DNA of 64,000 nucleotides, from positions 8,063 through 72,062 of the forward strand of contig CAVLCF010000111.1 in NCBI GenBank assembly GCA_963661735.1, in the 5' to 3' direction. Shown here one piece after another: positions 54,683 to 63,952 of the stretch (position 1 is its first letter; every line of letters begins with the position of its first letter). The notes below the pieces were generated by a model, which was given only the letters and a program-made list of their open reading frames with translations, was not told the origin of the DNA and made no database searches. This DNA is from a bacterium (GTDB lineage: Bacteria; Bacillota; Clostridia; Oscillospirales; Oscillospiraceae). The translations under genes and the position numbers were made by a program.

Positions 54683-55834
54683 TTAGTCGATTGAGGCGGC
54701 CAATTTCTTCTTCAGTCCCATATACGCTTCATATGCGGGTGTCGTTCCTGCCAGGTAGCCGCTTTGATATGCGTCACTCTTTTTGATATCATTACGCTTC
54801 AGCAGATAACTTAAATTTTCCACCGTAATTCCGTTTTGGTTCCTCACGATGTAAATTCCGTCATTCCGATCATATTCATCGAGCAGTTCCGGATAATGGG
54901 TAGTAAATATCAGCGTTCCACCTTTTGAGTTGAGACGGCTATCCATAAAAAAGCGCATCAAGGATGTTACTATTGCCTTGTTAAAATGGTTTTCGATTTC
55001 ATCAATTAGAAGATACCCCCCTGACTGAAGGACCTCCTTTACCATTGAAAATGTAATGATACCTTTGATCGTGCCCGATGACAAATACTGTTCAAGGTCT
55101 ACGGAATTGTTCAAAACGATCTCGTCTTTACCCCTGAATTTTAAATGGATAAATGTTTTTCCCTCTGTTTGCTCAAAACATAGCTTCTCAATTGTGGGGT
55201 CAAGGAAAGCGATCAGTTCCAGAGGAATATCATCAGTAACTGGCAAAATATTTACATTTGTATAAGAAAGCAGACTGAATACTTCCACTGTATCATTTGT
55301 GTTTTTGTTATGCGCAATGATAAAACTGACATCATCTGAAAGGTAGGCCTCTTTGCTGTTACGAAATGCTATTGGCTCTATTCCTGAAAAATCAGTCAAA
55401 TATTTTTTTGACTTAACACTTGCAATAGACTTTTCCCATAATCTTTCGGATATGATTGAGTACACAAAGTCTCCAGTCTTCGCTTTCTTAGACGCAATCG
55501 TTGTTTCCAAGCAGCAAATATACTTGCGATTATCATAAAAATAGATGCAGATTGTAGCCCTTTCAGTTCCACCGAGAATGTTTTTTGCTTCTGCGTGGTT
55601 GATAGGTTCATTTTTCACAATACTAAGTGCCAAGTTAATTGTCTTTAACACTGAAGTCTTGCCGGCTGCATTAATACCAATAAACGCACAGGTTGGATGA
55701 AGGTAATAGTTCCCCTCCATTTTGTATAGGCTTTCTTTGTCATCTTCGCTCATGCGCTGCTGGGTATAAAAACACACATCCAACTTTTCCTTAAATAACG
55801 GAATGCCCTCTGCTGTGATACGAAGTATTTTCAT
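54683..55834 (-). CDS. ABC/AAA_21-type ATPase, second candidate defence ATPase
   Basis: Start at MKILRI (55834; the track ORF extends to 55921, where a TATAAT lies). Walker A GINAAGKTS, signature LSSGTIKG, Walker B LLIDEIENH, FTTHY. Confidence 0.72.
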   Translation of the reverse strand: MKILRITAEGIPLFKEKLDVCFYTQQRMSEDDKESLYKMEGNYYLHPTCAFIGINAAGKTSVLKTINLALSIVKNEPINHAEAKNILGGTERATICIYFYDNRKYICCLETTIASKKAKTGDFVYSIISERLWEKSIASVKSKKYLTDFSGIEPIAFRNSKEAYLSDDVSFIIAHNKNTNDTVEVFSLLSYTNVNILPVTDDIPLELIAFLDPTIEKLCFEQTEGKTFIHLKFRGKDEIVLNNSVDLEQYLSSGTIKGIITFSMVKEVLQSGGYLLIDEIENHFNKAIVTSLMRFFMDSRLNSKGGTLIFTTHYPELLDEYDRNDGIYIVRNQNGITVENLSYLLKRNDIKKSDAYQSGYLAGTTPAYEAYMGLKKKLAASID

Positions 55835-55982
55835 GTGTCCATCGCCCTTTCTAAAAACGTAATTTTCGTTTTTATTTTCCCATGTCCACATTATACCCCA
55901 TCTGCTAGAAATTATCAACAAATTTTTTGATTTTATTTTCTACGCATTCATCCAGCAAAATTCAACTCATATTCTCTCAGTT

Positions 55983-56012
55983 GCCAGCGTGTGCAGCAAC
56001 GCACACGCTGGC
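55983..56012. terminator. 12-bp perfect hairpin downstream of the relaxase gene
   Basis: GCCAGCGTGTGC agcaac GCACACGCTGGC, with a T-rich run on the plus side only. Confidence 0.5.
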
Positions 56013-56036
56013 ATATTTTCGTTTTTAACGGGATTT

Positions 56037-58910
56037 TCACCCGATTCTCTGTCCATGCGCCTGCTTCTTTTCCGCAATCTTCCGTCGCAGCTTTCGGTCT
56101 ATCTTGCTCACATTCCTATGATCTTTCTCAATATTTTCTTGAAAAATCTGCGCAAAATTGGAAGCAAGTCGAATGCAAATAGCACAGATTGGTTGTTTTC
56201 CATAGCTCTCCAGTATCCTCTGCGCATAAATATTTCCTTGCTCCGCAGAAGCACTCAGTAATTTCTTCCCCAATTCTTCGTCCTTGTCAACATTCTGTCC
56301 GAACAGATACATCTTCCCAAGCTGATATAGAGCGTAGCTGTCCCCTTGGTTTCCGGCTTTCCATAGCCAATACAATGCGCGTTCAATATCTTGCGGCAGC
56401 GCATCACCAGTCAAGTAAAGCTTACCCAGCGCATATTGCGCCGGTGTAAACGTACCATTCGCCGCGGCTGTCAGCAGCTCCTCAGCACGTTTTACATCGA
56501 CAGGTATCCGTTCTCCAGACAACATTTCTCTCCCAAGGAAATATGCCGCATACGGATTCTTCTGCGCAATTGCGCACTCCAGCAATTCCAGTGCTTTTTC
56601 GGAATTAGGCTCAATAAGCTCTCCTTGAAGCAATGTCTTCCCCAGCAAATACTGTGCATGTTGATTTCCATGCTCTGCAGACCGCTCCAGCCAGAGGACT
56701 CCCTCCGAAGTATTCTGCAGAATCGCTTTCCCCTGCAAATAGGTTTTCCCCAGCAAGTATTGGGCATAATCATGATCCTTTTCCGCTGCCTGCGTCAGGT
56801 AGTCTATGGCTTTTTTCGGGTTTCTGTTTGGGTAATCCGCTCTGAGCAGCAGTTTACCCAGCCCATACATAGCGTCTGTATTCCCCAAGTTCACTGCCTT
56901 TGTAAAGTATCCAGCAGCCAAGTTCAAATTTACATCTGTCCCCGTGCCAGCTAAATTCATGCTGCCGAGGCGATAATACAACCGATCATCGGCCATCGTC
57001 TGCTCGATACGCAGAAACCCCTGATACGCCAGTGCATTCCATTTCTGAGCCGCAGCTGCATCTACAGCAGTCCCGCACCCATCCGCATACATTTTTCCAA
57101 GCTGATATTGTGCGTAAGCGTTCGGCCTTTTTTCATCCGCAGCCGCTATGGTGAACAGTTTGAATGCGCGAGTATCATCTTTTTCTACACCTTGTCCCCG
57201 ATAGTATTGACCCCCAAGAGCGTAAGCCGCAAGCGAATTTCCGGAAGCCATTGCCTTTGCAAACCACTCCGCGGATTGTTTATAGTCCTGCTCTATGCCA
57301 TGCCCAAGCGCATACAGCTTGCCGATCCGGTACTGCCAGTAGCCTTTCTTCTTGTCTGTCCGCTCCATTTGCAAGAAGGCATTATAGGCACGAGTGAACC
57401 AGTGCTGCGCCGTTGCTTCATCCGTACAGCCTCCCAAACCAGACATATACATTTTTCCTAAGTCATACATCGCCAAACCATTGCCCGCTTCTGCCTCTTG
57501 CGTCATGAGCATAAGGGCTTCCGCATGATCCGGCTGCCGCTCCTTTGTCCCATAAAGGGACTCCCTAGCCGCTTGGTATTGCTCTGACCACCAGCTCCCA
57601 CTTTTCTTCACTGGCGGCGGATTGTTTCCAGCTGAATGGTAATTTTGTGATTCTACTTCTGGTATGCTATCCGGCATATCTATCTCCTCTGACGTTAAAA
57701 CGACAGGCAATTCATCGCCGGCATCTGGAACTACTTTGGGAAAAATGTGTGCCAGATCCTCTTGTGCGGCGATTTCTTCAGCAGGAATCAGAGGTGTGTC
57801 TGGTAAGATGTTCAACGCCTCATGAATAATAATATTCTTGATGGCGTGGAATGTCTTATTCTGTGATAGGGGAACACGCTTCTCCGCACTTTCCTGATAG
57901 GTCTGTACAACTAGGTAACGCTGGTCATACCACAGTGCGTACAGCCTGCCAAGCCTTTCGTCCTTCATCAATTCATCCATAATGGCATTGACCAAATTTC
58001 TGGCGGGTGCGGACAAGTATCCATATACTTTTTTACCTTTGGTCGCCTGCAGCCTTGCGGCAAGCTGACGCAGCATCAGCGCCACTGTATCATCACGGTA
58101 AGGGTTTTCGTTCAAATCAGCGACAATTTGAGTAACCAAAGCTTTAACGTCCGCATTGAATTCATTGCGATACCTGGTTTGCGTGTCATAAATCTGAATC
58201 AAATCCTGGTGGAATATCGCTCTGGCAAAAGATGATTTCAAATTGAGCAGACCTTGTTTGGTCATGTATGGATCTTTCCCCACAGAATAGGAAATGATAT
58301 GGCAATGCGGATGGTGTCCCTCATTATGAAATGCCGCATACCATCGCAGGTCTTCAATGGGGATATCCATGGCCTTTGCTAGTTCGTCGGCCTGCTCTCG
58401 GAGCATATCACGCCACACTTCACCCTTTTCATATCCAAGTCTGGCCGCGTCTTCCCGCCGCAGTGACAATATTTGTGTCATCAAAATACCGTCGTGTTCT
58501 GCCACCTCTTTTGCTACCTGATTCAAATTTATTGGAACATCCGCATCGGTGAATAACCCATGGGAACCAAATCTCTGGACACGAGGGCGGTTTGCAATGT
58601 ATCGAACATAGTTTTCACGAGTATCAACGCGATCAACATTTTCCTCTATACTATGCGTAATAAACTCCGAAGCATTTCCTTGTGTCGGGCCATTCAAGTA
58701 GTCTTGATATTCATAGCTGTCAGCAGTATCCGGAAAATCCTTTAGAAGCTGCTCGATCATTTTCTTTTGCTGAACAGTGACCGGAAGGGATTTCCAGCTG
58801 TCATCTATTTTCTCCACGCCATCTCGTTTGGCAATATACTTCACCAAATTCTGATTATGATTCCTCGCCCCCGGTTTCAGATATCTCCATTTGAGGATGA
58901 TTTTTGCCAC
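56037..58910 (-). CDS. MobL-like relaxase fused to a long C-terminal Sel1-like repeat array
   Basis: N-terminal KWRYLKPG...VKYIAKRDGVEK and WYAAFHNEGHHPHCHII (His-rich relaxase motif). From ~aa 470 onward there are about a dozen repeats of the type YxLGxMYxxGxGxxxDxxxAxxWFxKA. Confidence 0.8.
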   Translation of the reverse strand: MAKIILKWRYLKPGARNHNQNLVKYIAKRDGVEKIDDSWKSLPVTVQQKKMIEQLLKDFPDTADSYEYQDYLNGPTQGNASEFITHSIEENVDRVDTRENYVRYIANRPRVQRFGSHGLFTDADVPINLNQVAKEVAEHDGILMTQILSLRREDAARLGYEKGEVWRDMLREQADELAKAMDIPIEDLRWYAAFHNEGHHPHCHIISYSVGKDPYMTKQGLLNLKSSFARAIFHQDLIQIYDTQTRYRNEFNADVKALVTQIVADLNENPYRDDTVALMLRQLAARLQATKGKKVYGYLSAPARNLVNAIMDELMKDERLGRLYALWYDQRYLVVQTYQESAEKRVPLSQNKTFHAIKNIIIHEALNILPDTPLIPAEEIAAQEDLAHIFPKVVPDAGDELPVVLTSEEIDMPDSIPEVESQNYHSAGNNPPPVKKSGSWWSEQYQAARESLYGTKERQPDHAEALMLMTQEAEAGNGLAMYDLGKMYMSGLGGCTDEATAQHWFTRAYNAFLQMERTDKKKGYWQYRIGKLYALGHGIEQDYKQSAEWFAKAMASGNSLAAYALGGQYYRGQGVEKDDTRAFKLFTIAAADEKRPNAYAQYQLGKMYADGCGTAVDAAAAQKWNALAYQGFLRIEQTMADDRLYYRLGSMNLAGTGTDVNLNLAAGYFTKAVNLGNTDAMYGLGKLLLRADYPNRNPKKAIDYLTQAAEKDHDYAQYLLGKTYLQGKAILQNTSEGVLWLERSAEHGNQHAQYLLGKTLLQGELIEPNSEKALELLECAIAQKNPYAAYFLGREMLSGERIPVDVKRAEELLTAAANGTFTPAQYALGKLYLTGDALPQDIERALYWLWKAGNQGDSYALYQLGKMYLFGQNVDKDEELGKKLLSASAEQGNIYAQRILESYGKQPICAICIRLASNFAQIFQENIEKDHRNVSKIDRKLRRKIAEKKQAHGQRIG

Positions 58911-58921
58911 ACATGATCACC

Positions 58922-59326
58922 TTAATCTCTCTGGAACCGAACGATATCATCGAGATTTAAGGAGCCGTTGATTGCTTTCACATCATCCACACACATCCGT
59001 CTGACCTCTCGCAGTGTCCGCTCATCAATATCATTTGCGGCAGCAATAATGTGCTGGAGGATAGCTAATTCCACTGTGTTCTTAAAAAGCAGATTGGAAA
59101 GCCGGTGTTCCAGAGATCCCAGCGCTCCTTTCATTGTAGAGATCACAATATTAGGAAGATATCCACTATAGTCCTTGGCGTTCAAAAATCCAATGTAGAA
59201 CTGTATCGCCGCGTCAATAAATTCAGACCTGCTCCTACATCCATGAAGCTTATACTGCTTCTCAACCAATTCCGCAGTTTTGGGTAGCACATAGGCAGTG
59301 ATCTTTATCTTCTGTTTTTCCATCAC
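58922..59326 (-). CDS. Ribbon-helix-helix relaxosome accessory protein (MobC-like role)
   Basis: KITAYVLPKTAELVEK...SRSEFIDAAIQFY RHH signature. Ends 11 nt before the relaxase start. Confidence 0.6.
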   Translation of the reverse strand: MMEKQKIKITAYVLPKTAELVEKQYKLHGCRSRSEFIDAAIQFYIGFLNAKDYSGYLPNIVISTMKGALGSLEHRLSNLLFKNTVELAILQHIIAAANDIDERTLREVRRMCVDDVKAINGSLNLDDIVRFQRD

Positions 59327-59356
59327 ACCCTCCTCTCAAAGATTCTTTGCGCTCCG

Positions 59357-59580
59357 TTTCCCTAATTTTGGAAATAGGGGAAATTCAAACATACAGCTGC
59401 GGGTCAAACCCCAAAGTCTCCCCAATAATTGGCTTTTCACTAAGGCAAGAAACCGTTTTGTCTCCAAGGCTCTTAAAACGGGGTTATTTTGTCTCCAACC
59501 TTGAAATCCGAAAAAGCCGCATGCGACCAGCGTTGCTGGGCGCTGTTCCTTGGGCTGGAGGCTCAAAAGTCTCCAGCCCT
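59357..59580. other. Candidate origin of transfer (oriT): repeat- and hairpin-rich non-coding region
   Basis: TTTTGTCTCCAA at 59456 and 59487. AAAGTCTCC at 59413 and 59566. Inverted repeats GGGCTGGAG/CTCCAGCCC (59552-59579) and TTTCCCTA/TAGGGGAAA (59357-59385). Lies directly upstream of the RHH-relaxase genes. Confidence 0.45.
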
Positions 59581-59755
59581 TATTCCTGCAAACCTTTCGT
59601 ACCGCAATTTCTGCCCTCGAATCCCGAACTTTTTTCGTCATTGCACGATTCCGTTTCTGCTTCGGTTTACCGTCCAAAGCACCTTGTTAGGTGGCCGTGT
59701 TCCACCAGCACGGAACAGAGCCGACACGCGGGCACCAGGCGGCCCACAGCTGTGG

Positions 59756-60046
59756 TTATTCTTCCAGCGGCTCCTCGACTTGGGCTGCCGGGATAGCCAT
59801 GGAATTGTCATCCTCCACAATTCTTTTCCGGTACTTCCGTGGCCTTATAACCGGTGTCTGTTCACCATCCTCACCGTTTACCATGCCGATGTACTCCCGA
59901 ACCCCTGCGGGAACTATCTTTGTATATAGCGTTTCAAATATTTCAACAATCTCATCTTCAAGCTTGCTGTCTTTTCGCTCCAGGTAAATCCGAAGCGCTT
60001 TCACTTTTTCTTCATCGACGGAAATGGTTAATGTGGTTTTTCGCAA
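59756..60046 (-). CDS. Small conserved ICE protein of unknown function
   Basis: 96 aa. MRKTTLTISVDEEKVKALRIYLERK has a beta-strand/helix (RHH-like) start and an acidic tail. Confidence 0.5.
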   Translation of the reverse strand: MRKTTLTISVDEEKVKALRIYLERKDSKLEDEIVEIFETLYTKIVPAGVREYIGMVNGEDGEQTPVIRPRKYRKRIVEDDNSMAIPAAQVEEPLEE

Positions 60047-60229
60047 ATCATCGCTCTCCTTTCGTATCGATTATTTTTCTGCGGATAGGGTATCATTCCC
60101 TTATTGAGAAGTTCTACATATATGTGTTAAACTTCTCAGCCGAACATTTGACTTCTTCTCTGGGGTATGCTATTCTATTGATAAGTATTACACCATATTG
60201 CAAAACTTATCAATGAAAGGATGGGCTAT

Positions 60230-61537
60230 ATGGAAATCAGGCGAGATCGCTATCTGCAAAAACTCATTGGCTACATGTGGGATGGTCAGGTAAAGGTCAT
60301 CACAGGAATCCGCAGATGTGGAAAGTCCTATCTGCTGCGCACCATTTTTAAACAGCACCTCCTTTCCCAGGGTGTGAATTCTCAAAATATCATTTCGATT
60401 GAATTGGATCTAACCAGGGATATTCGCTTCCGGAATCCTTTGGAACTGGCATCCTACGTCAGGGGGATCGTTGAGAACAGCAACGAAGAATTCTACCTGT
60501 TCATTGACGAAATTCAAATGTCAGATCAAGTGCCAAACCCCTACAATGCAGCAGGAAAGCCAATCACTTTTTACGACGCTCTCAATGATTTGAAGTCCCT
60601 GCCCAATCTGGATGTTTACGTTACCGGCAGCAACTCCAAAATGCTTTCCAGTGATATCCTGACAGAGTTCCGCGGAAGAAGTGACGAGATTCGCGTACAC
60701 CCATTATCCTTTTCCGAATACTATGCCGCAGTCGGCGGCGATAAAAATGAAGCGTTCGATACCTACTCTTTCTTCGGAGGTATGCCGCTCATTTTGTCCC
60801 GCCCGAATGATGCCGCAAAAATGAATTATCTGAAATCTCTGTTTTCTGAGGTCTACTTGAAAGACATCATTGAACGAAAGGGCATCGAGCGGCAAGATAT
60901 CTTGGAGCAGATTTTGGATCTGCTTTGCTCATCCATCGGATCTCTCACAAATCCAAATAAAATTTTCAACACCCTCAAAACAAAGTACGGCACAAATGTA
61001 GGAGAGATGGTTTCCGCCAATACTGTCAAAGCATATATCACTCATTTGGAAGACGCCTTTCTCTTTAGTGAAAGCAAGCGTTATGATGTCCGTGGAAAAT
61101 CCTACTTTGATTTTCCCAACAAATACTATTGTGAAGATGTGGGGCTGAGAAACGCCAGAATCGGTTTTCGCCAACAAGAGCCTACGCATCTCATGGAAAA
61201 CATTCTCTACAATGATTTGCTTATCCGGGATCTCTCTGTAGACATTGGTGTCGTGTATTCCAATGAAAAAAACAAACAGGGAAGCACCGTAAAAGTCGCT
61301 CGTGAAATTGATTTTGTGGCTACACAGGGTGGTTGTGGAAAAAAGGTATACATCCAATCTGCCTACGCAATGAGTGATCCTGAAAAGGCCGCGCAGGAGT
61401 TACTTCCATTTTCCTTAACCAGAGATTCCTTTCCCAAAATCGTTGTACGCAAAGATATTGGCAGACGATGGTATGACGATTTAGGCTACCTCAACATCAA
61501 TATCATAGATTTTCTGTTGGACGACAACATCATATAG
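60230..61537 (+). CDS. AAA+ ATPase of the AAA_14/DUF4143 type (COG1373-like)
   Basis: MEIRRDRYLQKL...VITGIRRCGKSYLL Walker A, LFIDEIQ Walker B. It is on the opposite strand to the ICE backbone genes. Confidence 0.75.
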   Translation: MEIRRDRYLQKLIGYMWDGQVKVITGIRRCGKSYLLRTIFKQHLLSQGVNSQNIISIELDLTRDIRFRNPLELASYVRGIVENSNEEFYLFIDEIQMSDQVPNPYNAAGKPITFYDALNDLKSLPNLDVYVTGSNSKMLSSDILTEFRGRSDEIRVHPLSFSEYYAAVGGDKNEAFDTYSFFGGMPLILSRPNDAAKMNYLKSLFSEVYLKDIIERKGIERQDILEQILDLLCSSIGSLTNPNKIFNTLKTKYGTNVGEMVSANTVKAYITHLEDAFLFSESKRYDVRGKSYFDFPNKYYCEDVGLRNARIGFRQQEPTHLMENILYNDLLIRDLSVDIGVVYSNEKNKQGSTVKVAREIDFVATQGGCGKKVYIQSAYAMSDPEKAAQELLPFSLTRDSFPKIVVRKDIGRRWYDDLGYLNINIIDFLLDDNII

Positions 61538-61544
61538 CCATCCG

Positions 61545-61581
61545 AAAGCCTCTGCGGTCACGAATAAACCGCAGGGGCTTT
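61545..61581. terminator. Bidirectional hairpin terminator between convergent genes
   Basis: AAAGCCTCTGCGGT / ACCGCAGGGGCTTT arms with one bulge. Confidence 0.55.
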
Positions 61582-62460
61582 TCATTCACGATAAACCACG
61601 TCCTCCTCGTTTCCCCAAAGACTCATCTGATCTTTATCGGCCTTAGAACGAGTGCCCTCCCATAGCCACCACTGCATAACCTCCTCACCTGATTTCCATT
61701 GCGTGTACGGTTTTCCGTTATCCCTTCGCTTGATAATCATTTTCTCAAAGGCACGAATGTACGCATCCTTGTATTTTGGGTATCTTGCAAATTCCGCTTT
61801 CATCTGCGTCGGTCCTGCCAGAGGACAACCAATACAACCTATCCGAGAATAGCCCTCATCGTATAAGCAGCAGTGTGGTATATTTCTGGAATTCAGATAT
61901 TCCCACACTTCAGCCGCCGTCCAGTCAATAATTGGATTCAATGTATGGCGGCTTTTTATGGTACAGGTTTCAAATAAACGTCGGGCATCATCATTGTCAT
62001 TCATGAGCCGCACCATGGCTTTGGTATCATTGTTCAATTCAAGCAATCCACGACTATGTTTTCTCCTGCTGCTTTCCCCCCAGCGAACTCCCGTAACAAC
62101 AATACGTCCCTTGCCGCCGCCCTCCTTTAGCTCGTCGCAGCAATAGCGTACCACACGGGTCGGAGGCATTCCTTTTTTAACGATGAGCTTCCACATTGTT
62201 GTGCCATGGTAATCCACAATAACGTCCGGGTAATATTTTCGCCGGAAGTAAATCACTTCCGGTGGATCTACTGTTGTGTGATTATAGTGCGCGTCAAATT
62301 TTACACCGGCTTCCTTGCACAGATGATACACAACTTGGCTGTCTTTCCCTCCGCTGAAAGCAACGTAGTACCCTTCGCTTGGCTCAAACGCCCGCAGTCG
62401 TTCGATTGCGATCTGCACTTTGTCTTGAGTTCCAAAAAGCGTTTCTTCCACCAGCGCCAT
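61582..62460 (-). CDS. PAPS-reductase-family (PP-loop ATP pyrophosphatase) protein, IbrA/DndC-like
   Basis: PP-loop YVAFSGGKDSQV. ATG 62460 overlaps the upstream stop (TAATG). Cys-rich C-terminal half IGCIGCPLA. Confidence 0.78.
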   Translation of the reverse strand: MALVEETLFGTQDKVQIAIERLRAFEPSEGYYVAFSGGKDSQVVYHLCKEAGVKFDAHYNHTTVDPPEVIYFRRKYYPDVIVDYHGTTMWKLIVKKGMPPTRVVRYCCDELKEGGGKGRIVVTGVRWGESSRRKHSRGLLELNNDTKAMVRLMNDNDDARRLFETCTIKSRHTLNPIIDWTAAEVWEYLNSRNIPHCCLYDEGYSRIGCIGCPLAGPTQMKAEFARYPKYKDAYIRAFEKMIIKRRDNGKPYTQWKSGEEVMQWWLWEGTRSKADKDQMSLWGNEEDVVYRE

Positions 62461-62966
62461 TAAGCATATCTCCAATCATAGCTGCCATGTGCTTCTACAG
62501 AATCTCGCAGCAACGAGTACACAGGAGATGGGAGGAAATGGAAATTGACATATTTTTCTCCCGCGATTTCGGGTGTGTACCAATAATCGAACGCATCAAA
62601 GTTTTTAAGGAAATAACGCTGATTGAAACTCTGAGGCTCGACGCAATGGAGTTCGGAAATACCTTCCGGCGTGAACAGATCCATATGTGTCAGTTTGCCT
62701 GCCATGTGCATATCCAGCACGGCCAGCCCTAACGTCAGGATCCCATTTCTCCGACCACGCACCACCACAGGCACATCCACAAATTGCTCGGATGGCTGCT
62801 TAATGAAATCTGTGCCATAGGCTTCCACAAAGGCACGGTGCAATTGGCAAAGCACACGCTTCGCCAATTGCTGATTGCCGCTATTGCAGGAATGAATCAC
62901 CGCAGGAAAATCAATGTGCCGTAAAATTTCATTTACCGCATCCACAAATCTTTCCTGCGGACTCAT
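62460..62966 (-). CDS. Hypothetical protein, translationally coupled on both sides
   Basis: ATG 62966 sits in an ATGA overlap with the upstream gene. 168 aa. No motif recognised. Confidence 0.5.
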   Translation of the reverse strand: MSPQERFVDAVNEILRHIDFPAVIHSCNSGNQQLAKRVLCQLHRAFVEAYGTDFIKQPSEQFVDVPVVVRGRRNGILTLGLAVLDMHMAGKLTHMDLFTPEGISELHCVEPQSFNQRYFLKNFDAFDYWYTPEIAGEKYVNFHFLPSPVYSLLRDSVEAHGSYDWRYA

Positions 62967-63952
62967 TGCATTCCGCCCATGGTTACTTCCTGTTTTGTCT
63001 GTTCCCGGGATTGGTATGCCGCAGGATCTGCGCCTGGAACATCCCAGCCGCTCATGGAGCCGCACTCCATAGCCTTCCTCTGGGCATCCGTGACACCGAG
63101 TCTTGCGTTGTTGTAATCTGCCAACGCTTTGTTCTCCGCACGATCTTCTGTACTCCAGTCAGAGCGGTAATACCCACGTTCACCGCGCTTTATGCAAATG
63201 AGTTCACCGGTAGATGCCAGCGTTGAGAAGCAAAGATCCGGAAGACCTTCCGCAAGCCTGGGTTCAAATCTCTCTTGCTCTGTCAGGATATCCCAATTCT
63301 CCCAATTCCACAAATGCACATACATATCTCCATCACTTGTAGGAATCTCCCGCTGCTCAAATCCTTCTCCCCAGCCATCCGATGCCTGTCCGGAAATGTA
63401 TTCCTTCAGTGTTTCCAATTCAGAATCTGACAGCGTTCCAACAATTCTGCACTGGGCTACTCCCCAGAGTTTACCTTCACGTTCTTCTGCTGTGAATACA
63501 ACGGACTGTACTTTTTCGTCAACAGAATCACCATGGTTATACCAGCGCATAATTCCACGTTCGGCTTCTTCCGGGCACTGGTTTCTAACCATTGCGGCAA
63601 CAATAGCATCCTCATACCGCAATATCTCCCTGTCTGTCATTTCCTCCGGCTCGTCACTTGGGCCATCCCAGGGGTCTGTCCGAAACACTTCCGCACAGAG
63701 CGGCATATACAACTTGAGGGTTACAGGCTCCGGAGGAAGAACACTGAACGAGTCGTGTCCAGGAATCAAGCAGCTTGTCTGCCCATCTTTCCACTGGATA
63801 TGAAATTTTGCGTCCTCGTCAATCTCCACCAGAGTTCCCAGTCTTCCCTTGGAGAATCCGTCCTGTGGATTCTCCAATTCACGCAGACGGATCTGTGCTC
63901 CAACGGGATATTGATCTCGGAAAAAGTTCAGCCATTCCTTTTCTACCGCCAT
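62963..63952 (-). CDS. DUF4314-type N-terminal domain protein, common in Clostridia conjugative elements
   Basis: GAQIRLRELENPQDGFSKGRLGTLVEIDEDAKFHIQWKDGQTSCLIPGHDSF matches the DUF4314 pattern. 329 aa. RBS GGAGGTG. Confidence 0.6.
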   Translation of the reverse strand: MAVEKEWLNFFRDQYPVGAQIRLRELENPQDGFSKGRLGTLVEIDEDAKFHIQWKDGQTSCLIPGHDSFSVLPPEPVTLKLYMPLCAEVFRTDPWDGPSDEPEEMTDREILRYEDAIVAAMVRNQCPEEAERGIMRWYNHGDSVDEKVQSVVFTAEEREGKLWGVAQCRIVGTLSDSELETLKEYISGQASDGWGEGFEQREIPTSDGDMYVHLWNWENWDILTEQERFEPRLAEGLPDLCFSTLASTGELICIKRGERGYYRSDWSTEDRAENKALADYNNARLGVTDAQRKAMECGSMSGWDVPGADPAAYQSREQTKQEVTMGGMQ

